Below, in pieces: positions 1 through 12,090 of a DNA stretch of 23,174 bases (position 1 is the first letter of the stretch; every line of letters begins with the position of its first letter). Source of the stretch: Macrostomum lignano (Eukaryota); the NCBI GenBank assembly GCA_002269645.1, contig NIVC01002122.1, forward strand, positions 1 through 23,174, written 5' to 3'. The notes beneath the pieces are model-generated. The model was not told where the DNA came from. It ran no database searches and saw nothing but the letters and a program-made list of their open reading frames with translations. The translations under genes were made by a program, and so were the position numbers.

Positions 1-140
1 GTATGAGTAGAGTCGTTTGGTTAAAATGATAGAAATTCAAATACTGTATGGCTGCTCAGAATCAAACTAACAGAGTCAAATTGTGCGCGACTCTGTACAA
101 ATAGCCGTAAAACTCGATTGATTATAAACGATTGCTAATA

Positions 141-527
141 AGCCACAGTATACACGCTCAAATCCTTTCCCTACCCCAGCCAATGTACACACGCTCAAAT
201 CCTTCCCTACCCCAGCCAATGTACACACGCTCAAATCCTTCCCTACCCCAGCCAATGTACACACGCTCAAATCCTTCACTATCCCAGCCAATGTACACAC
301 GCTCAAATCCTTCACTACCCAGCCAATGTACACACGCTCAAGTCCTTCACTACCCAGCCAATGTACACACGCTCAATTCCTTCCCAACCCAGCCAATGTA
401 CACACGCTCAAATCCTTCACTATCCCAGCCAATGTACACACGCTCAATTCCTTCACTATCCCAGCCAATGTACACACGCCCAAACCCTTCCCCACCCCAG
501 CCAATGTACACACGCCCAAACCCTTTC
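141..527. repeat. 36-bp minisatellite (AATGTACACACGCTCAAATCCTTCCCTACCCCAGCC), ~10-11 copies, just 3' of NR-B stop
   Basis: Period measured directly (182 to 218); produces the 12-aa periodic ORFs. Confidence 0.95.
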
Positions 528-576
528 CAGTCATCAAAGTGTGCCAATAAGTTAATAAATCGACAAATTTGCTAGA

Positions 577-897
577 TTAAATCCGCCTCGACGATACAGC
601 GTGAGGAAATTCATTCAACGAAAACTCCAGCATCTCGGACACGAGCTGCGGCGGCAGGAAGGCGTTGCTACGTACAACAGTAGACCAGAAACCAACTGAA
701 GCAATCTTCAACGCCATCAGGTTGTTCATAAGCAGCAGCAGACTGCTGCGGCGCAGGCTATCCGGGCAGAGCTGGCGCAACTCGCGCAGGTAGCTGGTCT
801 GCACCAGCTCGATTTGGCCAGGATCTTGCCAGCCATGTCCGGCAGAACCCTCAAATAAAAATATTGCTTTTAGAAGCAGAAATTCCGATCGGGTTAC
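577..897 (-). CDS. NR-B exon 4 (LBD H8-H12, stop TAA 579-577)
   Basis: Acceptor ctctttcttcag|GTAACC. Translates VTRSEFLLLKAIFLFEGSAGHGWQDPGQIELVQTSYLRELRQLCPD...LVSEMLEFSL, collinear with NR-A exon 2. Confidence 0.9.
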   Translation of the reverse strand, partial: VTRSEFLLLKAIFLFEGSAGHGWQDPGQIELVQTSYLRELRQLCPDSLRRSSLLLLMNNLMALKIASVGFWSTVVRSNAFLPPQLVSEMLEFSLNEFPHAVSSRRI

Positions 898-3800
898 CTG
901 AAGAAAGAGAAATTAAGAAAATTTGATTAAAAAAAAGCACGTAACAAAAGTGTGCCCAAATACTTTCCGAGAATGTACAGCCCCTTTTCTAAACCCTCCC
1001 CTCAACACGACTATTAATGTACACCTGCTCTCAACCTCCCCTCAACACGCCCTCAACAGTACACCAGCTTTAAGCCCTCCCCTCAACACGCCTATTAATG
1101 TAATGTACACCCGCTCCTACCCTCAACACGCCTATTAATGTACACCCGCTCCTACCCTCAACACGCCTATTAATGTACACTGGCTCTAACCCTCCCCTCA
1201 ACACGCCTATTAATGTAAACTGGCTCTAACCCTCCCCTCAACACGCCTATTAATGTACACTGGCTCTAACCCTCCCCCAACACGCCCACGAATGCGCAAC
1301 TTCAGTAACCCTTCCATTAAGAGCTCAACAGGCGCTAAACTTTCTAATTTGTAAAAAAAATTCACTCCTATAATTCAACACTCTTCTTGACAGAAATGAA
1401 TTCCAGTCACCTGCCACAGGGTAAGCCATCGAATCAAGCAGCGCAGGTGTTGACCAGTTTTCGGCGAGAAGAAGCCGCGAAATTGAAGACCGTATGCTTC
1501 ATTTATACTCAGGTCTGAGCAGAACACGATGTTGCCATTGTAGGGGACTGAGTTCATCGCTACCTCAAATGCGATTAATTCAAGGCAGTGAAGCTGCAAC
1601 AATAGCACCTGCCAAAAGAGATAAAGGACGCCTATCGTATTAGCTAAACTTCGGGATTCTAGAGTTTCTAAAAAAGGATATTACAATCCAAGAAAATTCA
1701 AGAACGAGACTCGCCGCAATTCAAGAATTGCTGTTCTCAGAAGCTCAGAACGGGATATCCGAATTCCAGAATGGGATATTCCAGAATCCCAGAATGGGAT
1801 ATTCCAGAATCCTAGAATGGGATATTCCAGAATTCCAGAATGGGATATTCCAGAATCCTAGAATGGGATATTCCAGAATCCCAGAATGGGATATTCCAGA
1901 ATCCTAGAATGGGATATTCCAGAATTCCAGAATGGGATATTCCAGAATCCTAGAATGGGATATTCCAGAATCCTAGAATGGGATATTCCAGAATTCCAGA
2001 ATGGGGATCCCAAAATTCCAGAATGGGGATCCCAGAATTTCAGAATGGGATATTCCAGAATCCCAGAATGGGATATTCCAGAATTCCAGAATGGGGATCT
2101 CAGAATCTTAGAATGGGGATCTCAGAATCCCAGAATGGGGATCCCAGAATTCCAGAATGGGGACCTCAGAATCCCAGAATGGGGATCCCAGAATTCCAGA
2201 ATGGGGGTCCCAGAATCCCAGAATGGGGATCCCAGAATCCCAGAATGGGGATCCCAGAATCCCAGAATGGGGATCCCAGAATTCCAGAATGGGGATCTCA
2301 GAATCCCAGAATGGGGATCCCAGAATCCCAGAATGGGGATCCCAGAATCCCAGAATGGGGATCCTAGAATCCCAGAATGGGGATCCCAGAATCCCAGAAT
2401 GGGGATCCCAGAATCCCAGAATGGGGATCCTAGAATTCCAGAATAATGCCAGATATGATGAGAATCACCTCCCACGCCACCCAATTAACTCGCCTTGTCC
2501 TGCATTGGCAGCGGGCCAAATCCGGGCACAGCTTTGGCAAACTTGACCAGGTCGGCAATGAGCCTGTCCGTGCACAGCGTCAGCGTGTAGGCCAGCCTGG
2601 CCGGGGTCTCGGCCACGCCGCTAGCAGACACGTCGCTAAGGCTAAACGTTGGAGAATCGATAGTGGCCAGCTGGCTTAGCAGAGTTAACGACTGCATTGC
2701 CGCAGGCGAATGCGGGTGCGGGGGCGGGAGCGGAGACGGCGGAGGAGGCAGCGGAAGTGTAGCGGCGGAAGTAGCTGCGGCGGTAGAGGCAGAAGCGCCA
2801 TTGGCAGGAGGGAAACTCGCCGTTGGCTGATTAGGAAAGTCGGAGGTCGATGAAGGTGGCTGGGAGCTGTAATGGAGAGGTATTTCATGGAATAATATGG
2901 GATTACACTCCGGCTTCAAGGATCCCAAATATTTGACATCTGGGGGCATTAACAACCTGGAAATCAAAGGATCTTGGGAGCATTGTAACCTGGGAATTCT
3001 TGGGATCTGGAGGGGTGATTGGGATCCGGAGGGATTAACAGTAGAACTACCAAGAGGGGGGGATTTCCCCCTCTGACAATTTTTTTTGCTGCGCCGGAAC
3101 GGAGCAACGCAGGCACACGAAATTCAAGAACACGGGCTAACTTTTTGTTGCGCACCTTCTCAAACAAGAATCAAGTCGCCAGCCCTCTAGACCGTCGAGA
3201 TATTCGACGATTCTGCCAGAAGGTCGGATTTTTCCCATAAGCGCCAGTGTATTCAGTGCACCCCTGTGCGCCAATCAGCACTGCGCTTCAGTGCAGCCTT
3301 GCCAAGTCCCCAAATTTTATCAGAACGTCGACCACATGTGTCTGCATAAGTTCTGACTTCGTTGGTCACTGGGCTTTACCCAGGTGGAGCTTCTGGACCT
3401 TCAACAGGTGGCACCAGGTGACTATGAACACCCTGAACTTGATTCTTGTTTGAGAAGGTGCGCAACAAAAAGTTAGCCCGTGTTCTTGAATTTCGTGTGC
3501 CTGCGTTGCTCCGTTCCGGCGCAGCAAAAAAATTGTCAGGAGGGATCCCCCCTCTTGGTAGTTCGACGGGCGGAAAAATGGCTTGGTATTCCTACTGTTA
3601 ATGGTTGGTAACTGGGGGGAATTAATGGGATCTGGGAGGTTAATGGGATCGGGGGGGGTTAATGGTATCTGGGGTGGGGTTAATGGTATCTGGGGTGGGG
3701 GTAAATGGTATCTGGGGTGGGGGTTAATGGTATCTGGGGTGGGGGTTAATGGTATTTGGGGTGGGGGTTAATGGTATCTGGGGTAGGGGTTAATGGTATG

Positions 3801-5614
3801 GGGGGGTTAATGTTATCTGGGGTAGGGGTTAATGGTATGGGGGGTTAATGTTATCTGGGGTGGGGGTTAATGGTATTTGGGGTGGGGGTTAATGGTGTCT
3901 GGGGTGGGGGTTAATGGTATCTGGGGTGGGGGTTAATGGTGTCTGGGGTGGGGGTTAATGGTGTCTGGGGTGGGGGTTAATGGTGTCTGGGGTGGGGTTA
4001 ATGGTATCTGGGGTAGGGGTTAATGGTATGGGGGGGTTAATGGTATCTGGGGTAGGGGTTAATGGTGTCTGGGGTGGGGGTTAATGGTATTTGGGGTGGG
4101 GGTTAATGGTGTCTGGGGTGGGGGTTAATGGTGTCTGGGGTGGGGTTAATGGTATCTGGGGTAGGGGTTAATGGTATGGGGGGTTAATGGTATCTGGGGT
4201 AGGGGTTAATGGTATGGGGGGGGGTTAATGGTATCTGGGGTGGGGGTTAATGGTATGGGGGGGGGTTAATGTTATCTGGGGTAGGGGTTAATGGTATGGG
4301 GGGGTTAATGTTATCTGGGGTGGGGGTTAATGGTATTTGGGGTGGGGGTTAATGGTGTCTGGGGTGGGGGTTAATGGTATCTGGGGTGGGGGTTAATGGT
4401 GTCTGGGGTGGAAGTTAATGGTGTCTGGGGTGGGGTTAATGGTGTCTGGGGTGGGGGTTAATGGTATCTGGGGTAGGGGTTAATGGTATGGGGGGGTTAA
4501 TGGTATCTGGGGTAGGGGTTAATGGTGTCTGGGGTGGGGGTTAATGGTATTTGGGGTGGGGGTTAATGGTGTCTGGGGTGGGGGTTAATGGTGTCTGGGG
4601 TGGGGGTTAATGGTATCTGGGGTAGGGGTTAATGGTATGGGGGGTTAATGGTATCTGGGGTAGGGGTTAATGGTATGGGGGGGGGTTAATGGTATCTGGG
4701 GTGGGGGTTAATGGTGTCTGGGGTGGGGGTTAATGGTGTCTGGGGTGGGGGTTAATGGTATCTGGGGTAGGGGTTAATGGTATCTGGGGTAGGGGTTAAT
4801 GGTATGGGGGGTTAATGGTATCTGGGGTGGGGGTTAATGGTGTCTGGGGTGGGGGTTAATGGTATCTGGGGTGGGGGTTAATGGTATCTGGGGTGGGGGT
4901 TAATGGTGTCTGGGGTAGGGGTTAATGGTATTGGGGGTTAATGTTATCTGGGGGTTAATGGTATGAAGGGTTAATGTTATCTGGGGGTTAATGGGATGTG
5001 GGGTAGAGTTTGGATGGGATCTGGGGGGTTAATGGGATCTGAGGAGATTTAATGGGATCTGAGTCTGTACATGTATGTATGCAGCGCATCCTAGGAACCA
5101 GGACGTTAAGACTGCCGAACAGGAGTCCATTAAAATGGTTTAAGCCTTTTTGGTACATTCGCCAAATATGAGTCGATATTCAAGCTCATACTACAAGTGC
5201 TTACCTAGCATTGCCTTCCTGCTGCTGCTGCTGAGGACGCAGCCTTGGATACCGCTTGGTCTCTGTGCCGGCTTCAACGCTGCGCAGCAGACCCGGTCGC
5301 ATGTTGGCGCGTAGACAGCGGCGCCACCGGCAGGCGGGGCACTGCTTCCTATTGGGCTCGCGCACCGGGCACAGCTGATCATCGCTGGCGCCAGACAGGC
5401 GCCTGGCGCACTGGTAAGTCAGGCAGGAGTGCACGGTGCGTTTGAAAAACGTTTTACAAGCGTTGCACGTGGCCGCGCCGTAGTGAACGCCGGTTGCGCG
5501 CAGGTCGCACACGGAGCAGCCGCCCAGCAGGTCAACAATCGGCCGCTGCTCAGCCGGGGCAGCGGCTGCTTCGTCGACATCAATGGCCGTGTCCTTCGTC
5601 TGGCCCGCCAGCAT
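577..5614 (-). CDS. Nuclear hormone receptor NR-B (NR3/ERR-ER-like, divergent), 4 exons, ~463 aa
   Basis: Exons 5614-5205, 2956-2494, 1608-1411 and 897-577 total 1392 nt (464 codons) with matching phases 2, 0, 0. DBD: CSVC-x13-CNACKTFFKR...CPACRWRRC. LBD H3-H5: LTLCTDRLIADLVKFAKAVPGFGPLPMQDK|VLLLQ. H8: EFLLLKAIFLF. AF-2: LVSEMLEF. The ATG at 5614 is the first in-frame Met; an upstream exon cannot be excluded. Confidence 0.9.
985..1290. repeat. ~40-bp degenerate minisatellite (CCCTCCCCTCAACACGCCTATTAATGTACACTGGCTCTAA), ~7-8 copies, NR-B intron 3
   Basis: CAACACG recurs about every 40 bp. Confidence 0.9.
1411..1608 (-). CDS. NR-B exon 3 (LBD H5-H7)
   Basis: Acceptor ctcttttggcag|GTG and donor CAG|GTGACT; 198 nt, phase 0/0. 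VLLLQLHCLELIAFEVAMNSVPYNG aligns with NR-A VRLLQMHWLSLTVWQVAYSSVPYDG. Confidence 0.88.
1752..2445. repeat. 23/22-bp minisatellite (GAATGGGATATTCCAGAATCCYA grading into GAATGGGGATCCCAGAATCCCA), ~30 copies, NR-B intron 2
   Basis: Direct periodicity; the ORFs show 23-aa and 22-aa periods (3 units). Confidence 0.95.
2494..2956 (-). CDS. NR-B exon 2 (hinge + LBD H3-H4)
   Basis: Acceptor tttgatttccag|G completes the phase-2 Arg codon. Ends PGFGPLPMQDK at the non-canonical donor AAG|GCGAGT. Confidence 0.85.
3050..3558. mobile_element. Non-autonomous foldback/MITE-like element with ~125-bp terminal inverted repeats, TA-flanked, in NR-B intron 1
   Basis: 3044-3176 is the near-perfect reverse complement of 3437-3564. 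Flanks read GAACTA|CCAAGAG...CTCTTGG|TAGTTC, consistent with a TA duplication in a GAACTAGTTC site. No transposase ORF. Confidence 0.75.
3600..5060. repeat. G-rich 22-bp minisatellite (GGGGTTAATGGTATCTGGGGTG, with shorter variants), ~65 copies, NR-B intron 1
   Basis: Period 22 (3724 to 3746); degenerate GGGATCTGGG-type copies at both ends and also left of the MITE (~2970-3040). Confidence 0.95.
5205..5614 (-). CDS. NR-B exon 1 (C4 zinc-finger DBD)
   Basis: Two C4 fingers with HYG and FFKR motifs; donor CTAG|GTAAGC at 5205/5204. Confidence 0.92.
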
Positions 5615-5627
5615 GCAATAAAATTGA

Positions 5628-6003
5628 TTTCTAAGAAAGTTACACTAGATTTTCAGGTATTTCTACGAAATCAAAGCCTACATGTAGTTAGCTCAAATTT
5701 TAAAGAAACATATTGGTCAGTTTTTGTTAATTTTTAAGAAAAAATTAGGAATAATTTTAGCGCTTCTAAGAAATATAGGGTTTCTGTGAATTTTAACGAT
5801 AGTTTCGGTCAGTTTCCTAGAAATAAAAGTTCGTCTACGTCACTTTCTATGAAGCCAATTTTCTCAATTACTAAGAAATGCAAGACTATTCATTACCAAT
5901 TTTTGATTTCTAAGAATCAGAGTTGATTTTTAACTATTTAAAAAAAAGTATGTCTATGTTTATAAGAAATACAGGGCTTCAATTTATGTCAGTTTCTAAG
6001 AAA
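5628..6003. promoter_or_regulatory. Cluster of 8 exact TTC-N3-GAA palindromes directly upstream of the NR-B ATG
   Basis: Matches at 5629, 5661, 5764, 5782, 5814, 5845, 5908 and 5994, plus near matches. Function is inferred only. Confidence 0.35.
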
Positions 6004-6364
6004 TGAATCTTTGGCTTTTTGATTTTTAAAGAAGTCTGTGGTTAGCTTTACAGATTTTTTTAAAGATGCAGTTAAGTTTAAATAGGTTAGTCTTCAACTC
6101 TTTTTAAGACATCTTGGGTACTCCTTAAAAGTTAAAGACCAGTTGTTGGCTTAGGGCTAATTTATAATTTAAAAAGTAGGGTAGCTTTAGAATATTTTTT
6201 TTTTGAATTCTATGCCCTATTTTAGACAGTGAAATAAAAAAAAACAGAAAAGTCACAGTGTTGCAATTGCAGCAGCAGTTAGAATTTGCTCTGCTAACTG
6301 AAAGCTTCTTTAATACAACAAGCAACAAAAAGCAGCAATTCAGCAGCCAGATCTGACAGTAATG

Positions 6365-6593
6365 TATCCGGCCATCAGGAAATTTATTGCGCTTATTCTT
6401 TCATTGCTCCTCATTGCGCAAATTCCTATTTTCAGTTAAACCTCTCCTTTCCACTGTGAAAGTGATGCAATACAAATAAAAAATTAAAACTGGGTGATTA
6501 TTTTTGTTAAATAAATATATTAGAATATGCTTTTTGCTCTAACTGATTATAATTCGTAATAAATGCCACAACAACTTTCCGGATGGCCAGATA
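6365..6593. mobile_element. Small MITE relic with 27-bp imperfect terminal inverted repeats
   Basis: TATCCGGCCATCAGGAAATTTATTGCG (6365-6391) versus the reverse complement of 6567-6593: 22/27 identical, TA at both outer ends. Confidence 0.35.
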
Positions 6594-7192
6594 TTAAATC
6601 AATACTAATAAGTACTCTCTGCACTTCCTCCGACAACAGACAAAAAACAATAGCAATAATGAAAAGCTTGCGAGAAAATAACATTTAGATTCATCTCAGC
6701 TATGACAGAACAAGATTCGCCAGCACAATGCCAGCTATACTACTCATAGCAAACACAAACGCATCGGGGTGTATTTTTCTAGACGATTTTATGAAAATTT
6801 ATATGGCGCTTTTCATTTTTTACAATCCGGATTTGCGAATGCGAGGGTGAGGCAGTTAAACAAACACGCAAAGTGCACATTGTTCTATGCTATTACTATA
6901 CTAATCAACATCTGCATAGCTAATTAGCTGATAAACTTAACGAAGTACAACGTATAGCACATTGATTAAAAATGAAAGCAATCTGTTGAAACTTTTAAAA
7001 TTTAAACTGATGCCAAAATGTACACACAGATAAAATAGACCGGCACAGGTAATGTTAATCTGACTAGAGATCAGTCCCGAGCTTGAACCCGCTTAGCAAT
7101 GATTGAGGCTTGGAAGATTTGTCTGAGGCAAAATTAGACAATCAGATACCAGATTGGTCTAATATAAGTATATAAGTATGGAAATTATAGAT

Positions 7193-7439
7193 AATAAACA
7201 CTATCCCATTGTTTATCAATGAGCAATAAACACTATCCCATTGTTTATCAGTGAGCAATAAACACTATCCCATTGTTTATCAGTGAGCAATAAACACTAT
7301 CCCATTGTTTATCAGTGAGCAATAAACACTATCCCATTGTTCATCAGTGAGCAATAAACACTATCCCATTGTTTATCAGTGAGCAATAAACACTATCCCA
7401 TTGTTTATCAGCGAGCAATAAACACTATCCCATTGTTTA

Positions 7440-7444
<5 letters not shown>
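7193..7444. repeat. 32-bp minisatellite (AATAAACACTATCCCATTGTTTATCAGTGAGC), ~8 copies, abutting and overlapping the NR-A stop codon
   Basis: Units start at 7193, 7225, 7257, 7289, 7321, 7353, 7385 and 7417; contiguous, with no spacers. Confidence 0.95.
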
Positions 7445-9872
<2,428 letters not shown>

Positions 9873-9935
9873 TGGTTGTTGCTTCTTTCGATATGAAATT
9901 AAAGTGTTGGATTCAACAGGCGATAGGGTAAAGTC

Positions 9936-10066
9936 TCCGCATGCGCATACAAGCGTGTACTCAAAACCCGAAGCCAGTTCGTGCTAAATCTATTTTATTC
10001 TGGGGCCTAAAAGTATTTTTCGATCCTGTTCGGTTTGCGTCACACGGGAGTGGCGCTGATTGGCTG
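9936..10066 (-). promoter_or_regulatory. Putative NR-A proximal promoter: NRF1-like CGCATGCGCA (9938-9947), CRE-like TGCGTCAC (~10037), CCAAT box CTGATTGGCT (10056-10065)
   Basis: Three common metazoan promoter motifs lie within about 200 bp upstream of ATG 9872. The TSS is unknown. Confidence 0.35.
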
Positions 10067-10412
10067 GGGGGGGGGTGACAAGTGTCATGGAGAACTCTGA
10101 GGGTAGAGAGATACGCTAGCGAGGCCGTGAGCTCTAGAAAGGAAGACGAAATAAATATTGTACAAGGGAGGGGAAGAAGCGGTGGGTTTCAGGGGAGCTT
10201 AGACGGGCTTCACTCCCGCCTTGAACCGAAGAAAGGGGAGAATAGTTGCAGGAAACTGCGACACGAGGATTAAGTAAACGACTCGCAAGAAAAAGGGTGG
10301 AAACAGGGAAAAGACAAATAATAACATGCGTAATGGTCTCAGACTCTTTTTTATTTACGATAATTTGCTCATACAGGCCTTAACTACTGATGAACTTCTT
10401 ATTTACTGCTGA

Positions 10413-11345
10413 AGCTACAGACATACAGATTCAGCTACAGACATACAGATTCAGCTACAGACATACAGATTCAGCCACAGACATACAGATTCAGCTACAG
10501 ACATACAGATTCAGCTACAGACATACAGATTCAACTGTAGACATACAGATTCAACTACAGACATACAGATTCAGCTACAGACATACAGATTCAGCTACAG
10601 ACATACAGATTCAGCTACAGACATACAGATTCAACTGTAGACATACAGATTCAGCTACAGACATACAGATTCAGCTACAGACATACAGATTCAGCTACAG
10701 ACATACAGATTCAGCTACAGACATACAGATTCAGCTACAGACATACAGATTCAGCTACAGACATACAGATTCAACTGTAGACATACAGATTCAGCTACAG
10801 ACATACAGATTCAGCTACAGACATACAGATTCAGCTACAGACATACAGATTCAGCTACAGACATACAGATTCAGCTACAGACATACAGATTCAGCTACAG
10901 ACATACAGATTCAGCTACAGACATACAGATTCAGCCACAGACATACAGATTCAACTGTAGACATACAGATTCAGCTACAGACATACAGATTCAGCTACAG
11001 ACATACAGATTCAGCTACAGACATACAGATTCAGCTACAGACATACAGATTCAGCTACAGACATACAGATTCAGCTACAGACATACAGATTCAGCTACAG
11101 ACATACAGATTCAGCTACAGACATACAGATTCAGCCACAGACATACAGATTCAGCTACAGACATACAGATTCAGCTACAGACATACAGATTCAGCTACAG
11201 ACATACAGATTCAGCCACAGGCACACAGGTTCAGCCACAGACATACAGATTCAGCTACAGACATACAGATTCAGCCACAGACATACAGGTTCAGCTACAG
11301 ACATACAGATTCAGCCACAGACACATAGATTCAGCTCACCTACAG
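10413..11345. repeat. 20-bp minisatellite (ACATACAGATTCAGCTACAG), ~46 copies, intergenic
   Basis: Exact 20-bp register; produces ORF 10390-11328. Confidence 0.97.
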
Positions 11346-12090
11346 ATTCGTATCGTATGAGTTATCTAGTCTAGTAAGTGTTGACTGAAATCAAGCCAGT
11401 TTCATAGCACATGTAAGAATAAAGCAAAAAGTGAGCTATATAGAAAAAGAGGTGGAGTCAGGACAAGCGAGAGCGCATCAAAAGTCCATCATATTAGCTT
11501 ATCAATCTTGAGACACATTTATTTAGGTCAGCAACAAGGAGATGGATTATATTATTGTCAATATAAACTCAACAAAAATAATCTGGGAAGAGCATTTTAG
11601 CAGTTTTCGAAAAAGTACATATCTGTATTTTCTTCCCAGCAACAACAAGCGGTGCCTGGGAGTAGAAACTATTTAAAAGGTTACCTACTTCAGTTAATAA
11701 AGATTATACAGACAAAAAAATTCAATAAGCAATGTAATCCGATAGGGCCTGGCGGTACAAAAAAACAGATAAAAATACTTCTCTATTAGTAAAACAGCTT
11801 TAAAAACAATTGAGTAATTCGATGTAAAGCCCAGCTATAGTAAATCTAACTCATATACTACTAAGAGTAGGGAACATTAAGGCACAAAAACGCCAATCGC
11901 ATAGAGGAAAAATAGCACAGCGTATATATAGCCTTAGAAGTTATCACAAAAGTAAAAAAATCGATTAAACATTGTAAAATAGTTCTGTTTTGAAAAAGGC
12001 GGCTTCTGTAAAAAAATTATCACGCTGGTTTGCCTTCACTATTAATATACAAAGGGAAACTCGCTATTTGTTTTCTCTGATGTAAAATAA

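Noticed and set aside
76-575. Overlapping ORFs with 12-aa periodicity
   Set aside because: They are translations of the 36-bp minisatellite; open frames on both strands arise from the repeat.
849-852. Alternative NR-B exon 4 acceptor (tttgag|GGT)
   Set aside because: It would delete helix 8; the CAG acceptor at 898 gives an in-frame VTRSEFLLLKAIFLF matching NR-A.
1886-2546. Long PEWGSQN/MGYSR repeat ORFs
   Set aside because: They lie inside NR-B intron 2 and simply translate the 22/23-bp array.
3600-5060. Telomere or interstitial telomeric array (GGGGTT-like)
   Set aside because: The unit is a complex 22-mer, not a pure telomeric hexamer, and it lies within an intron.
10390-11328. 312-aa ORF
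   Set aside because: Pure translation of the 20-bp minisatellite; no unique domain or splice support.
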